Positions 9,780 through 21,016 of a stretch of DNA of 64,000 nt are shown piece after piece. The translations under genes were made by a program, and so were the position numbers. Source of the stretch: an uncultured Actinomycetes bacterium (GTDB lineage: Bacteria > Actinomycetota > Acidimicrobiia > IMCC26256 > JACDBD01); the NCBI GenBank assembly GCA_963747195.1, contig CAVVDV010000005.1, forward strand, positions 262,814 through 326,813. Reading direction: 5' to 3'. The first letter of the stretch is position 1; every line of letters starts with the position of its first letter. A model generated the notes under the pieces. The model saw nothing but the letters and a program-made list of their open reading frames with translations, ran no database searches and had not been told where the DNA came from.

Positions 9780-10259
9780 TCAGTACTGCGCGAAGTACGG
9801 CTTCTCGGGCTCGCGCTTCTCCAGCAGGATGAACACGAGCCCGTGCGGATCGGCGAACCACGTGGTGCGCAGGCCGACGATCTCGGCGGTCCCGCGAGTG
9901 AGGAAGCGCACCCCCTTGCCTTCGAGCTCGGCGCGCGTCTCGGCGATGTCGTCGCACACGAGCCCGACGTGAGTGAACCCGTGGTCCGTCACCGACGCGT
10001 CCTGCGGCGGGCGGCGGCCGGGCGCACGCGGGTACTCGATGACCTCGAGCACGCGGTCGCCGCCGTCCGGGAACCCGAGGATGGCGGCTTTGACCGCCAC
10101 CGGGCTCGGAACGAGCTCGCCCATGTCGCGCTCGATGGCGTCCCCCTCGACGAGGTAGGGCGGCGAGAGGACGGTGAGGCCGAGCACGGACCGGTACCAC
10201 TCCACGGCCGCCTCGACGTCCGGCACGCACACCGCGGTGTGGGCGATCCCGGTGATCAC
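9780..10259 (-). CDS. VOC (glyoxalase/bleomycin-resistance/dioxygenase) family protein
   Basis: The GTG start at 10259 lies within ORF 9780..10439. The sequence reads ITGIAHTAVCVPDVEAAVEWYRSVLGL...FTHVGLVCDDIAETRAELEGKGVRF. The gene is intact. Confidence 0.8.
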   Translation of the reverse strand: MITGIAHTAVCVPDVEAAVEWYRSVLGLTVLSPPYLVEGDAIERDMGELVPSPVAVKAAILGFPDGGDRVLEVIEYPRAPGRRPPQDASVTDHGFTHVGLVCDDIAETRAELEGKGVRFLTRGTAEIVGLRTTWFADPHGLVFILLEKREPEKPYFAQY

Positions 10260-10315
10260 CCGAGCGACGCTAGGGGATGAGCGATCGCCGGGGAGCCCGC
10301 CGCTAGCTTTCCCCG

Positions 10316-10878
10316 ATGATGGCTCGTCGGGTCCGGCGTCTCGCGGTCGTCGTGCTCGTGCTGCTGGTGGTCGGGGCGATCGCGCTCGTGCTGACGACCC
10401 GCCCGAAGCTCGAGGACCGCGCGAGACGACGTCGACCACGCGTGGACACCGCTGCGGGGGCCGCTGTCAGAGCGGTACGCCAAGCTCGCGGAAGCGAACA
10501 CGCAGCTCGCCGCGGCCGGGGGCGGCGAACGAAACGTCTCCCGGGCTCTCGGGCTCCGGCTGGGGCGTTGGGGCGAGCTGCGGCGTGCCAAGGACGGCGA
10601 TGCCGACGCCGACGCCGAGGCCCAGACCGCCGACCAGCTCGAGGGGCTCGCCGCCCGGCTCCAAGCCGTCGCGTCGAGCTCCGACCGGCTGCGGGGGTCC
10701 GACGCCCTCGACTCAGGCGATCGCCGCCTTCCAGGGCACCGTGCCGCCCCCGCCGGCGGTCACGACGTACAACCGCGCCGTCCGCGACTACGAGGACGAA
10801 CGCAACGGTCTCCTGCGCAGCCCGGTCGCGAGCCTGTTCGGCTACGACTCGCGACCGCAGCTCGTGCTCTCGTCGTAG
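10316..10878 (+). CDS. LemA-like membrane-anchored protein, about 2 frame breaks as assembled
   Basis: The N-terminal TM segment VVVLVLLVVGAIALVL is in ORF 10316..11179. The middle part is in a third frame (DDVDHAWTPLRGPLSERYAKL). The C-terminal TTYNRAVRDYEDERNGLLRSPVASLFGY, in ORF 10174..10878, resembles the LemA C-terminal motif. Confidence 0.45.
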
Positions 10879-10882
10879 CCCT

Positions 10883-13800
10883 TCAGCGCGCGGCGCCGAT
10901 GACGTTCTGGTTGGCCGCGCTCGATCCGGGCGACCTCGCCGACGGGCGCGACACGCCAGAAGCTCGCGCAGCGTCGCGTCCCAGTCGTCGAGCATCGCGG
11001 CCGCACGCGGCGATCCGGTGAGCTCGCGGTGGCGCTCGAGCAGGAACCGCAGCTCGGCGGCCTGCGGGTCGTCGAGCTTCGACGCTTCCACCAGCTGCGG
11101 GTTCAGCCGCGCCGCCAGCAGCCCGTCGGGATCGAACACGAACGCCTGGCCGCCGGTCATGCCGGCGCCGAGGTTGTAGCCGAACGGGCCCGAGGACGAC
11201 GACGGTGCCGCCGGTCATGTACTCGCACGCGTGGTCGCCCGTGCCCTCGACGACCGCGGTCGCGCCGCTGTTGCGCACGCAGAACCGCTCGCCGACCCGG
11301 CCGGCGACGAACAGCTTGCCCGCCGGTCGCGCCGTAGAGGACGGTGTTGCCGGCGAGGACCGGCGTCGCCGGCGTCGCCGTCGGGCGGGCGCACGGTGAC
11401 GCGTCCGCCGCCCATGCCCTTGCCGACGTAGTCGTTGGCCTCGCCGACCAGCTCGAGCGCGACGCCGTCGGCGAGGAACGCGCCGAAGCTCTGCCCGGCC
11501 GAGCCGGTGAACCGCGCCGTCGACCGACCCGGGCGGCAGGCCCTCGCCCCACTCGAGCCCGATCGCACCGCCGAGCGACGCGCCGACGGTGCGGTCGGCG
11601 TTGGTGATCTCGTACTCGAGCTCGACGTCGCCGCCGTCCCAGAGCGCGGCGAACGCGTCGGCGAGCAGCCGCTCGTCGAGTGCCGACCGCGGCCGCTGGA
11701 TCGGCACCGTCGCGACGAAGTGCCGCGGCGCCGTCCGGATCGACGGGCGTCGCGAGCAGCGGTGACAGGTCGAGCGCGTCGGCGCGCGCGTCGCCGGTCG
11801 TCGCGCTGGCGGAGCAGCTCGACGCGCCCGATCGCTTCGTCGAGGCTGCGCACGCCCGAGCGACGCGAGCAGCGCGACGCACCTCCTCGGCGATGAAGAG
11901 CATGTAGGTCGCGACGCCCTCGGGCGTGCCGGCGAACTTGGCCCGCAGGTTCGGCCGCTGGGTCGCGATGCCGGTCGGGCACGTGTCGCGGTGGCAGGCG
12001 CGCACCATGATGCAGCCCTCGGCGAGCATCGCCGCGGTGCCGAACGAGTACTCGTCGGCGCCGAGCAGCGCCGCGATGCACGACGTCGCGTCCGGTCTTG
12101 AACCCGCCGTCGACACGGACCCGCACCCGGTCGCGCAGGCCGTTCTCGACGAGCGCCTGCTGCGTGTCGGCGAGACCGAGCTCCCACGGCATGCCCGGCG
12201 TTCTTGATCGACGACAGCGGCGACGCGCCGGTGCCGCCGTTGTCGCCCGAGATCTGCACGACGTCGGCGAGCGCCTTCACGACGCCGGCCGCGATCGTGC
12301 CGACGCCGTCCTCGGCGACGAGCTTCACCGACACCTCGGCGAGCGGGTTGACCTGCTTGAGGTCGTAGATGAGCTGGGCGAGGTCCTCGATCGAGTAGAT
12401 GTCGTGGTGCGGCGGCGGCGAGATCAGCCCGACGCCGGGCTGGGTGTGGCGCAGCCGCGCGATCTCGCGCGCTCACCTTGTGGCCCGGCAGCTGGCCGCC
12501 CTCGCCGGGCTTCGAGCCCTGGGCGATCTTGATGTTGAGCTCGTCGGCGAAGGCGCAGTACTCGGGGGTCACCCCGAACCGGCCCGACGCGATCTGCTTG
12601 ATCCGCGAGTTGCGGTCGCGCGCGGTCCCGCGGGTGCGGTAGCGGGCCGGGTCCTCGCCGCCCTCGCCGCAGTTGCTCTTGCCGCCGATGCATGTTCATC
12701 GCGATCGCGAGCGTCTCGTGCGCCTCCGCCGACAGCGAGCCGTGGCGACATGGCGCCGGTCGAGAACCGCGCGCGTGATCGCGCTCGACCGGCTCGACCT
12801 CCTCGATCGGGACCGGCTCGCCGCCGGGACGAGCTCGAGCAGGTCGTGCAGCTCGGTCGTCGGGTCGTCGCTCGACGAGCTCGCGGAACGTCTCGTAAGG
12901 TCGGCGCGGCCGCCGTCGATCGCCCGCTGCAGGAGGTGGGCGCGCACGCAGGTCGGTCGGGTCCGGGCGTCGGGCAGCGGCGTCGGCGCTCGCGCGGCCC
13001 TCGAGGAAGATGACCTTGCCCTGGTCCTCGCTCGGCGCCGGCGTCGACGCCGGCGAGCTTGCCCGCTGACTTCGCTCTTCTTCTTGGCGCTTGCGGTCGC
13101 CGTTCTCGTCGTCGCCCTCGGGCGTGAGCCCGAGCGACGTCGTGCAGCGCGTCGACGACCTCGGGGTTGTTCGCCGTGGTACTCGCCGCCGCGCTTGCGG
13201 AAGCGGAAGAAGCCCGGCTCGTCGAGCGACGCCTCGTCGCCCGCGAACGCCGGCTGCGTGGCGTGCGAGGACGTCGGCGCCGAGCGCGTCGAAGCCGACG
13301 CCGCCGACCTCGACGTCGTGCCGCGGAGGCACGCTCGACGACCTCGGGGCCGAGCCCGAGGGCCTCGAAGATCTGGGCGGCCGCGGTAGCCGTCGACGGT
13401 CGAGATGCCCATCTTCGAGAAGATCTTCAGCACGCCGTCCTCGAGCGCGGCCTGGAGCTTGGCCTGCGCCTCGGAGGAGTGGAGCTCGCCGAGCTGGCCG
13501 TCGTCGGCCATCGCTCGCGACCGTCTCGAGCGCGAGGCGCGGGCAGACGGCGTCGGCGCCGTAACCCGAGCAGGCACGGCGACGCCGTGGGTGTCGCGGG
13601 CGTCGCCGCGAGTCGACGACGAGCGACGCGCTGCTGGCGGATGCGCTCGGCGACGAGCCGGTGGTGCACCGCGCCCGGCGCGAGGAGCGACGGGATCGGC
13701 GCGCGGTCGGCGCCGACGTCTGCGGTCGGAGATCACGAGCACGCCCGGCGCCGCCCGCGACGGCCTCGACGGCGGTGTCGGCCAGCGCCTCGGATCGCGG

Positions 13801-15654
13801 GCTCGAGCCCGTCCGGCCCGTCGGCGACCGGGAACGTGGCGCGTCGAGACGGACCGCCGTGAACGGCGGAGCGGTCGGAGTCGAGCAGCGACGTCGACCG
13901 CCTCCGGGTACAGGAAGAAGGTCGGGCAGCTCGAGCAGGCGGGCGGCGCCGGGCTCCTCGGTGAGCAGCGGGCGGCGCGGCCCGAGGCACGTGCGCAGCG
14001 ACATGACCAGCCGCTCGCGGAGGTGGTCGATCGGCGGGTTCGTGACCTGGGCGAAGCGCTGCTTGAGGTAGTTGAACATCGGTCGGGGCCGGGTCGGCGA
14101 CGGCCGCGAACGGCGATGTCGTCGCCCATCGAGAAGGTCGGCTCCTTGGCGTCGGTGGCCATGGGCTTGAGCACCATCGCCACCTCCTCCCTGGTGAGGC
14201 CGAACGCGACCTGCTGCGCGCAGGAGGTCGTCGGGCGCGGGCGGCATCTCGACGGGCCGCACCGATGTCGGCCGGGAGCAGGCCGTCGCGCGCCCATTCG
14301 GCGTACGGCTGCAGCCGCGCCAGCCACGTCTTCACGTCGGTGTCGTCCTGCACGGCGGCCGTGTCGGCGCCGTTGCCGGTGCCGGCGCGGTCGGGGTCGA
14401 CGCAGAGCATCTCGCCGGGACCGAGACGGCCGCGCCGCACCGAGCCGTGACCCGGTGACCGGCACCGCGCCGACCTCCGACGCGCACGACGACGAGGCCG
14501 TCCTCGCACGCCTGCCAGCGCAGCGGACGCAGCCCGTTGCGGTCGAGCGCGGCGCCGACGCGCCGGCCGTCGCGTGAACACGAGACCGGCGGGCCCGTCC
14601 CACGGGTCGGTGAGGCACGCGTGGTAGCGGAAGAAGTCGCGCACCCCGGGCGCGAGGTCGCGCTGGCCCTCCCACGCCTCGGGCACGAGCATCGGCGACG
14701 GCGTGGCGGACGTCGCGACCGCCCCGCACGAGCAGCTCGACGGCGGCGTCGAGCTTGCCGGAGTCGGAGTCGTCGGGGTCGAGCACGGGACGGAACAGCT
14801 CCTCGGGGCCGAGACCCGACGTCTTCGGTGCCGAGGCGGCCGCGGGCGATCATGCGGTGCTCGTTGCCGTCGACGGTGTTGATCTCGCCGTTGTGGCACA
14901 GGTGCCGGAACGGCTGGGCGCGCTCCCACGCCGGGGTCGTGTTCGTCGAGAAGCGGCTGTGGAAGATCGCCGAGCGACGCGCCGAACTCGTCGTCGGCGA
15001 GGTCGGGATAGAAGCGCGGCGAGCCGGTCGCTGAGGACGAGCGCCTTGTACGTCACGGTCGACGAACGAGAAGCTCGCGAAGTAGTGGCGCACGCGCGCC
15101 TCGCGGCATGTGGCCTCCGCCCGCCGGCGGGCGCGATACGCGCGCGCCGTTCGGCGTCGACGTCGTCGACGTCAGCGGGTCGCTGCAGGATCCCGTGCCA
15201 GAGCGACGGCTGGTCGACCGCGCGCCGCCGCGCCGAGGTGCGTCTCGTCGATCGGGGACGTCGACGCCACCCGGCGAGCTCGATCCCCTCGGCGGCACAG
15301 GCGTCGGCCACGGCCGTCTGCGCGACGCTCACGGCGTCGTCGTCGTCGACGTCGAGGAACGCGGACACGACGCCGAGCCGGTCGGCGTCGAGCGTCGCGA
15401 CCGAGCTCTTGCCGCCGACCCGGGCGAAGAAGCGAGCGTGGGATCGGGACGCAGGAGGCCGGCGCCGTCGCCGGAGATGCCGTCGGCGGCGATCGGCCTG
15501 ACGGTGGCGCACGCATGCCAGCCCGGTCAGGGCGAGGTCGACGATCTCGCGGCTCGGCGCCGCCGGAGGCGTGGGCGACGAAGCCGATGCCGCAGGCATC
15601 GAGCTCAGTGCGTTGGCGGGCGTGCTGGCGCGCCGCGCGATCGAAGTCGGCCAA
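10883..15654 (-). CDS. gltB: Glutamate synthase large subunit, more than 10 frame breaks as assembled
   Basis: The N-terminal amidotransferase Cys is seen in [15 protein letters not shown] (ORF 15172..15654, TTG start with GAGGAG upstream). [29 protein letters not shown] is in ORF 14332..15093. [21 protein letters not shown] is in ORF 12424..14262. [17 protein letters not shown] is in ORF 11157..12572. [21 protein letters not shown] is in ORF 10883..12334. The C-terminal ACEYMTGG and [14 protein letters not shown] are in ORF 10303..11160. Confidence 0.9.
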
Positions 15655-15774
15655 CCGAGGGACTCCTCGCTCCCGGGATAGTGCTGTCGTTTCGGGGATC
15701 CAGCAGGAGCGACGACGCTGTCGCGGAAAGGCTCACGATAGCTGACGGACCGTGGGGCACCGCCCGCATTCGGC

Positions 15775-16929
15775 GTGCCAGCATGCAGCGTGCCCGACGC
15801 CCAAGGCGGCCGGCCCGCACCGCTCGTCGCCGTGCTCGGTGGCGGTCAGCTCGGCCGGATGCTCGCGCTGGCCGGGATCCCCCTCGGCGTGGGATTCCGG
15901 TTCCTCGATCCCAGCCCGGACGCCACGGCCGGCGCGCTCGGCCTGCTCGTCGTGGGCGCGCTCGGCGACGAGACCGCGCTCACGCACGTGAGCGAGGGCG
16001 CCGCCGTCGTCACGTACGAATGGGAGGGCGTGCCGGCAGCGGGGGCACGCTTCGTCGCCGCGACCGGCACCGCGGTGCTCCCGCCCCCGGTGGCGCTCGA
16101 CGTGACGCAGGACCGCCTCGCGCGAGAAGGAGTTGTGCCGCCGGCTCGGGATCGGTACCCCCGAGTTCGCGGTGGTCGACGACCGCGCCGATCTCGACCG
16201 CGCCGTGAAGGAGATCGGTCTGCCTGCGGTGCTCAAGACCCGCCGCGGCGGGTACGACGGCAAGGGGCAGGCGGCTCTCGCGCGAACCGCACGACGTCGA
16301 GCCGGCGTGGTCGGAGCTCGGCGGTGTGCCGCTCGTCCTCGAGTCCCTCGTGCCGTTCGATCGGGAGCTGTCGGTGCTCGCCGTCCGCGGGCGCGACGGC
16401 GCGACCGCGTGCTGGCCGCTCGTCGAGAACCACCACGACGGCGGGATCCTCCGGCGCGAGCTACGCCCCTGCGCCCGGCCTGACCGAGCAGCTCCAAGAC
16501 ACGGCCGAGCGCCTCGCCGGGAAGCTCCTCGACGAGCTCGAGTACGTGGGCGTCCTCGCCGTCGAGCTCTTCGACGTGCACGGGGAGCTGCTCGTCAACG
16601 AGCTCGCGCCCCGGGTGCACAACTCCGGTCACTGGACCATCGAGGGCGCGGTCACGAGCCAGTTCGAGAACCACCTGCGGGCGATCCTCGGCTGGCCGCT
16701 CGGCTCGACCGCCGCGATCGGCGCGAACGCCATGGTCAACTGCATCGGCGCCATGCCCGACCCGGCCGCGGTGCTCGCGATCCCGGGCGCGCACCTCCAC
16801 GACTACGCGAAGGCGCCGCGCCCCGGCCGCAAGGTCGGCCACGTCACGGTCACCGCGCCGGACGCCGGCGAGTTGCAGGAGCGCGTCGCCCGGCTGGCGG
16901 GTCTGCCCGGCGTGGACGTCCCCGCGTGA
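15775..16929 (+). CDS. purK: N5-carboxyaminoimidazole ribonucleotide synthase, about 3 frame breaks as assembled
   Basis: [17 protein letters not shown] is in ORF 15775..16929. [17 protein letters not shown] is in ORF 16133..16483. [20 protein letters not shown] is in ORF 16326..17798. [35 protein letters not shown] and KVGHVTV are back in ORF 15775..16929. Confidence 0.85.
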   Translation: MPACSVPDAQGGRPAPLVAVLGGGQLGRMLALAGIPLGVGFRFLDPSPDATAGALGLLVVGALGDETALTHVSEGAAVVTYEWEGVPAAGARFVAATGTAVLPPPVALDVTQDRLAREGVVPPARDRYPRVRGGRRPRRSRPRREGDRSACGAQDPPRRVRRQGAGGSRANRTTSSRRGRSSAVCRSSSSPSCRSIGSCRCSPSAGATARPRAGRSSRTTTTAGSSGASYAPAPGLTEQLQDTAERLAGKLLDELEYVGVLAVELFDVHGELLVNELAPRVHNSGHWTIEGAVTSQFENHLRAILGWPLGSTAAIGANAMVNCIGAMPDPAAVLAIPGAHLHDYAKAPRPGRKVGHVTVTAPDAGELQERVARLAGLPGVDVPA

Positions 16930-17868
16930 CGTCCGAGCCGCTGTCTCCCTACGTCCGGTTCACGCGCGACGAGTGGGCGCGGCTGCGGGCGGCGACGCCG
17001 CTCACGCTCACCGAGGGAGACCTCGAGGACCTGCGCGGCATCAACGAGCGCATCGCGCTCGACGAGGTCGCCGACATCTATCTGGCGCTGTCCGCGACTG
17101 CTGAACCTGTACGTCGCGGCCAGCCAGAACCTGCACCGCGTCAGCGACACGTTCCTCGGCAGCCCGGCGGCGAAGGTCCCCTACGTCATCGCCGTCGCCG
17201 GGAGCGTGGCCGTGGGCAAGAGCACGACGGCGCGCATCCTGCAGGCGTTGCTCGCCCGCTGGCCCGACCACCCGCAGGTCGACCTCGTGACGACCGACGG
17301 CTTCCTCTTCCCGAACCGGGTGCTCGAAGAGCGCGGGCTCATGGAGCGGAAGGGCTTCCCCGAGAGCTACGACCTCCGCCGGCTGGTTCGGTTCCTCGCC
17401 GACGTGAAGTCGGGCCGGCCCGAGGTGAGCGCGCCCGTCTACTCCCATCTGACGTACGACATCGTCCCGGGCGAGGAGCAGGTCGTGCGGCAGCCCGACA
17501 TCGTGATCGTCGAGGGACTGACCGTGCTCCAGACGGGCGACGGCGGCGGCCGGGCGCCGCAGCTGTTCGTCTCGGACTTCTTCGACTTCTCGCTCTACGT
17601 CGACGCCGACGAGTCCGACATCGAGCAGTGGTACCTCGACCGGTTCCTCACACTCCGCCAGACGGCGTTCGCCGACGAGCGGTCGTTCTTCCACCACTTC
17701 GCCTCGCTGTCGGAGGACGAGGCGATCCAGGTCGCCCGCAGCATCTGGCGGTCGATCAACGGCGTGAACCTGCACGAGAACATCCTCCCGACGCGTGAAC
17801 GCGCTCGCCTCATCCTGGAGAAGGCCCCCGACCACTCCGTCCGGGCAGTCCGGCTGCGGAAGCTGTAA
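16926..17868 (+). CDS. coaA: Type I pantothenate kinase, one frame break near 17095 as assembled
   Basis: The GTG at 16926 overlaps the purK stop (GTGA). The N-terminus [15 protein letters not shown] is in ORF 16326..17798. The P-loop [29 protein letters not shown] and the rest are in ORF 17206..17868. Confidence 0.9.
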
Positions 17869-17941
17869 GCAACCGGGCGCAGGGCGGAGAAATCGCGTGC
17901 CCACCCGTAGGAGATCGGCGGCTCGGAGCGATGATGGGGTC

Positions 17942-18496
17942 GTGAGCGAATGGCCGGAAGCGGCCGTGAGTGAGGGGTCCGGGGCCGGCGAGCCCGATCG
18001 CGCCGCGTTCCTCGCCTTCTACCAGGAGGCGGTGCCCGAGGTGTACGGGTACTTCCTCCATCGGTGCGGCGACTCCACCACGGCCGAGGACCTCACCTCG
18101 GAGACCTTCCTCGCCGCCGTGCGCAATCTCGAGGGTGGGCGGCCCGCCCCGCTCGACGTTCCCTGGGTGATCGGCGTCGCCCGCCACAAGCTCGCCGACC
18201 ACTGGCGTCGCCGGGCCCGGGAGGACCGCCTGCGCGACGCACTCGAACAGGATCCCGCGCCCGACGAGGACCCATGGGACGTGCGCCTCGACCAGCTGCG
18301 CGCCAACGAGGTGCTCGCCGCGCTCGGTCCGCACCACCGACTCGCCCTCACGCTTCGGTACGTCGACGGCCTGCCCGTGGCCGAGGTGGCGGAGTTGCTC
18401 GGGCGCACGCCCAACGCCACCGAGGCGCTGCTGGTTCGAGCGCGGACGGCCTACCGCCGCGTCTACCTGGAAGGAGAAGGAGGCGATCATGACTGA
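17942..18496 (+). CDS. ECF-type RNA polymerase sigma-70 family factor
   Basis: The GTG at 17942 lies within ORF 17795..18496. Region 2 reads FLAFYQEAVPEVYGYFLHRCG...AEDLTSETFLAAV. Region 4 reads RLALTLRYVDGLPVAEVAELLGRTPNATEALLVRARTAYRRV. The gene is intact. Confidence 0.85.
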   Translation: MSEWPEAAVSEGSGAGEPDRAAFLAFYQEAVPEVYGYFLHRCGDSTTAEDLTSETFLAAVRNLEGGRPAPLDVPWVIGVARHKLADHWRRRAREDRLRDALEQDPAPDEDPWDVRLDQLRANEVLAALGPHHRLALTLRYVDGLPVAEVAELLGRTPNATEALLVRARTAYRRVYLEGEGGDHD

Positions 18497-19412
18497 TCCC
18501 TTCGACGCCCTGCGACGCACCGGCGACGCGGCGCCGCCCCGACCCGCGTTCGTCGCCGAGCTGGCCGACCGGCTCCGCGTCGAGCTGGGCATCAGAGAAG
18601 GAGACGAGGCCACCGTGACGATGCGAACCGCGATGGGCGACATGCCCGTGCAGGGCGGCGTCCCCAACGCGCTGCTCGACGTCATCGAGGACCAGGGCTA
18701 CGCGGTGCTCGAGAACGCATTGCCGGCGAACGACGTGGGAGCCGTGCGCGACGCGCTGGCGCCGCACCTCGGTGAGGGCCCGTTCGGGCGCAACGACTTC
18801 GAGGGCTTCCGCACCAAGCGCGTCTACAGCCTCCCGGCCAAGTCGCGCGCCTTCGACCGGCTCATCGAGGACGAGCGCGTCCTCGACGTGGCGGGCGGGC
18901 TGCTCGGACCGAACTTCCTGCTCACCGCGGCGCTGGCGATCAACCTCGGCCCGGACGAGACCGCCCAGGACCTGCACTACGACGAGGCGTTCTATTACGG
19001 GCTGCCGCGCCCGCGACGGCCGCTGTCGCTCAGCACGCTGTGGGCGATCGACGACTTCACGGCCGAGAACGGCGGCACGCTCATCGCCCCCGGGAGCACG
19101 CACTGGGGCGACGGCCGGCCCGACCCGTCCGTCGAGCTCGTGCCGCTCGAGATGCCGGCGGGCTCGGTCGCCATCTACCCGGGGACGCTGTGGCACGCGG
19201 GCGGCGCGAACACCACCGGCCGGTTCCGGCTCGGCATCTCGATCCAGTACGTCGTGGCCTGGGCCCGGCAGCAGGAGAGCTACCTGCTCGCCGTCCCGCC
19301 CGAGATGGCGAAGGACCTGTCACCGCGGCTGCGCCAGCTCCTCGGGTACAGCATCCACCCGCCGTTCATGGGCCACGTCGACGGCCGCCACCCGGAGAAG
19401 ATGCTCGGGTAG
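18489..19412 (+). CDS. Phytanoyl-CoA dioxygenase (PhyH) family Fe(II)/2-oxoglutarate oxygenase with about 45-aa N-terminal extension
   Basis: The start of ORF 18489..19412 overlaps the sigma stop by 8 nt (ATGACTGA). The PhyH core includes DLHYDEAF (HxD), ENGGTLIAPGSTHW and GTLWHAGGANTT. The gene is intact. Confidence 0.8.
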   Translation: MTDPFDALRRTGDAAPPRPAFVAELADRLRVELGIREGDEATVTMRTAMGDMPVQGGVPNALLDVIEDQGYAVLENALPANDVGAVRDALAPHLGEGPFGRNDFEGFRTKRVYSLPAKSRAFDRLIEDERVLDVAGGLLGPNFLLTAALAINLGPDETAQDLHYDEAFYYGLPRPRRPLSLSTLWAIDDFTAENGGTLIAPGSTHWGDGRPDPSVELVPLEMPAGSVAIYPGTLWHAGGANTTGRFRLGISIQYVVAWARQQESYLLAVPPEMAKDLSPRLRQLLGYSIHPPFMGHVDGRHPEKMLG

Positions 19413-20498
19413 CTACTCGCGTTCCGGCCACAGCGAGAGGACGTAGCCGACGGCAGGGTCGCTGCGGCCCTCGACGAGCTCCAGGTACGCCGACTGCACC
19501 GCGTCGGGACCGGAGCCGTGGCGGATCTGGATCCAGCCGTCGCTGAACTCGGCGAAGTGCCGCCACGCGTCGGTCGCCCGGTCGTCGAGGCCGGCGCGCC
19601 CCCACTCCTTGGTGCGCTTGCCGATCTGATCCGGCGCGAAGAAGAAGGACGGCGCAGGGCCGGGGAGCTCGGCGGTGGGCGTCCGGGGCAGGTCCCAGTG
19701 GGTGGCGCCGACCAGCATGCTGTGCGCCAGCCGGTCGCCGTAGGCGTGGTGCACGGCTGCACGTACGTCTGCGTTGCCGGCGATGTCGACGAACGCCGCT
19801 CGCTCTTTTCCCAGTTCGTCGATGTCGTCGTACGGGACGACGCGGTCGTACACGCCGAGCCCTTCGACGAAGGCGACATTGCGCGCCGAGGTCAGGCCGA
19901 TGACCTCGATCGCCGGGCGGTGGTGAAGCAGGAAGGCGGTGCCGATCGCGGTCTTGCTCGACGCGCTCGACACGACGACGGCCTCGGCGCCGAAGAAGGC
20001 GTTGTCGTTCAGGAAGTCGTCGATGAGGAACGACGTGAAGAAGAGCGGCCAGAGCACCATTCGGTGGTACTCGTAGGCGGGATCCTCCGACGTGTCGGTG
20101 TCGACCCGGCGGTACCCGTTGTACGCGCCCGGAAGGGACGCGCGGTGCGGCGCGGTGTCGACGAATCCCCGCGGGTCGACCCGACCGGGGGTGACCACGA
20201 GATGCGTCGATGTCGGCAGATAGCCGTAGACGCGCGCGCCGGCGGCGACGTCGTCGTTGGCACTGGCGATGACGTCGGCGAATCCCCATACGGGAATCCG
20301 TCCCCATACGTCCGGGTCCGACGAGGGGAAGAAGTCCCAGTACTTGAGTGCATCGCCCATCACCGCGTAGGTGATGTTGTTCGTCGTGAGCGCGAAACGG
20401 TCGACGCGGAACAGCGCCTGCCCAGGCGCGAGATCCGGCGGGTATTCGTCGACCACCCGGGACTCGTGGATGTCGGCCCGATTGACCTCGAAGTCCAT
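19413..20498 (-). CDS. DUF2855-like (MDR-superfamily-like) protein
   Basis: The gene uses an internal ATG (MDFEVNRADIHESRVV...) of ORF 19413..20984 and runs for 361 codons without a break. The family assignment is from memory of DUF2855 N-termini and length. Confidence 0.65.
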   Translation of the reverse strand: MDFEVNRADIHESRVVDEYPPDLAPGQALFRVDRFALTTNNITYAVMGDALKYWDFFPSSDPDVWGRIPVWGFADVIASANDDVAAGARVYGYLPTSTHLVVTPGRVDPRGFVDTAPHRASLPGAYNGYRRVDTDTSEDPAYEYHRMVLWPLFFTSFLIDDFLNDNAFFGAEAVVVSSASSKTAIGTAFLLHHRPAIEVIGLTSARNVAFVEGLGVYDRVVPYDDIDELGKERAAFVDIAGNADVRAAVHHAYGDRLAHSMLVGATHWDLPRTPTAELPGPAPSFFFAPDQIGKRTKEWGRAGLDDRATDAWRHFAEFSDGWIQIRHGSGPDAVQSAYLELVEGRSDPAVGYVLSLWPERE

Positions 20499-20500
20499 CG

Positions 20501-20968
20501 TCAACCTCGAACGGCGAGGGCGTCGGCGGCGAGCTCCATGTGGCCGAGGTGCTGATACAGCTCCTCGAGGACGTGAAGGACGATCGCGCCGTCCGACTCG
20601 TCGCCACCTTCGAGGAACTGGCGCCCGGTCCGGTCCGCTTGCGTCCTTCCCTCGTCCATCGCGGCGAGATCCTCGCTGACCTGCGCGAGCGTCTCGTCGA
20701 CGAGGGCGCGGAGCTCGGCCACGGTGGCGGTGCTCGAGAACTCCGACTCGCGATCCCGGTCGGTGGGACGGCCGAGGGCGACGTGGCCGATCCAGAACTC
20801 GGTGACGGCGCAGGAGTGGATGACGAGCGCGGCGACCGCGTTCGTCGTCGGCCACCGGTCGAACGGCCGGTCGTTCACCCGTTCGTCGCCGAGGCGATCG
20901 GCGACGTCCAGCATCTGGCCGAACGCGTGGCGCATGTAGAGCTCGGCCGTTCCGCGCTGCAGCTCCAT
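20501..20968 (-). CDS. DinB-family (DinB_2/mycothiol-transferase-like) four-helix protein
   Basis: The gene uses an internal ATG (MELQRGTAELYMRHAFGQMLDVADRL...) of ORF 20501..21310. It ends LHVLEELYQHLGHMELAADAL, as is typical of DinB. The gene is intact. Confidence 0.7.
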   Translation of the reverse strand: MELQRGTAELYMRHAFGQMLDVADRLGDERVNDRPFDRWPTTNAVAALVIHSCAVTEFWIGHVALGRPTDRDRESEFSSTATVAELRALVDETLAQVSEDLAAMDEGRTQADRTGRQFLEGGDESDGAIVLHVLEELYQHLGHMELAADALAVRG

Positions 20969-21016
20969 CTCGGCAGTGTGGCATGGCGCGGATCCGTCCG
21001 AAGTAGCTTCGGAGTC

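Noticed and set aside
15655-15774. A GlnR-type box (GTnAC-N6-GAAAC) upstream of gltB.
   Set aside because: Only a lone GAAAC half-site is present. No partner half-site sits at the required spacing.
17869-17941. An ECF-type autoregulatory promoter upstream of the sigma gene (GGAGAAAT...CGTA).
   Set aside because: The match to GGAAC-N16/17-CGTT-type motifs is poor and the spacing is ambiguous. It is not reportable as a feature.
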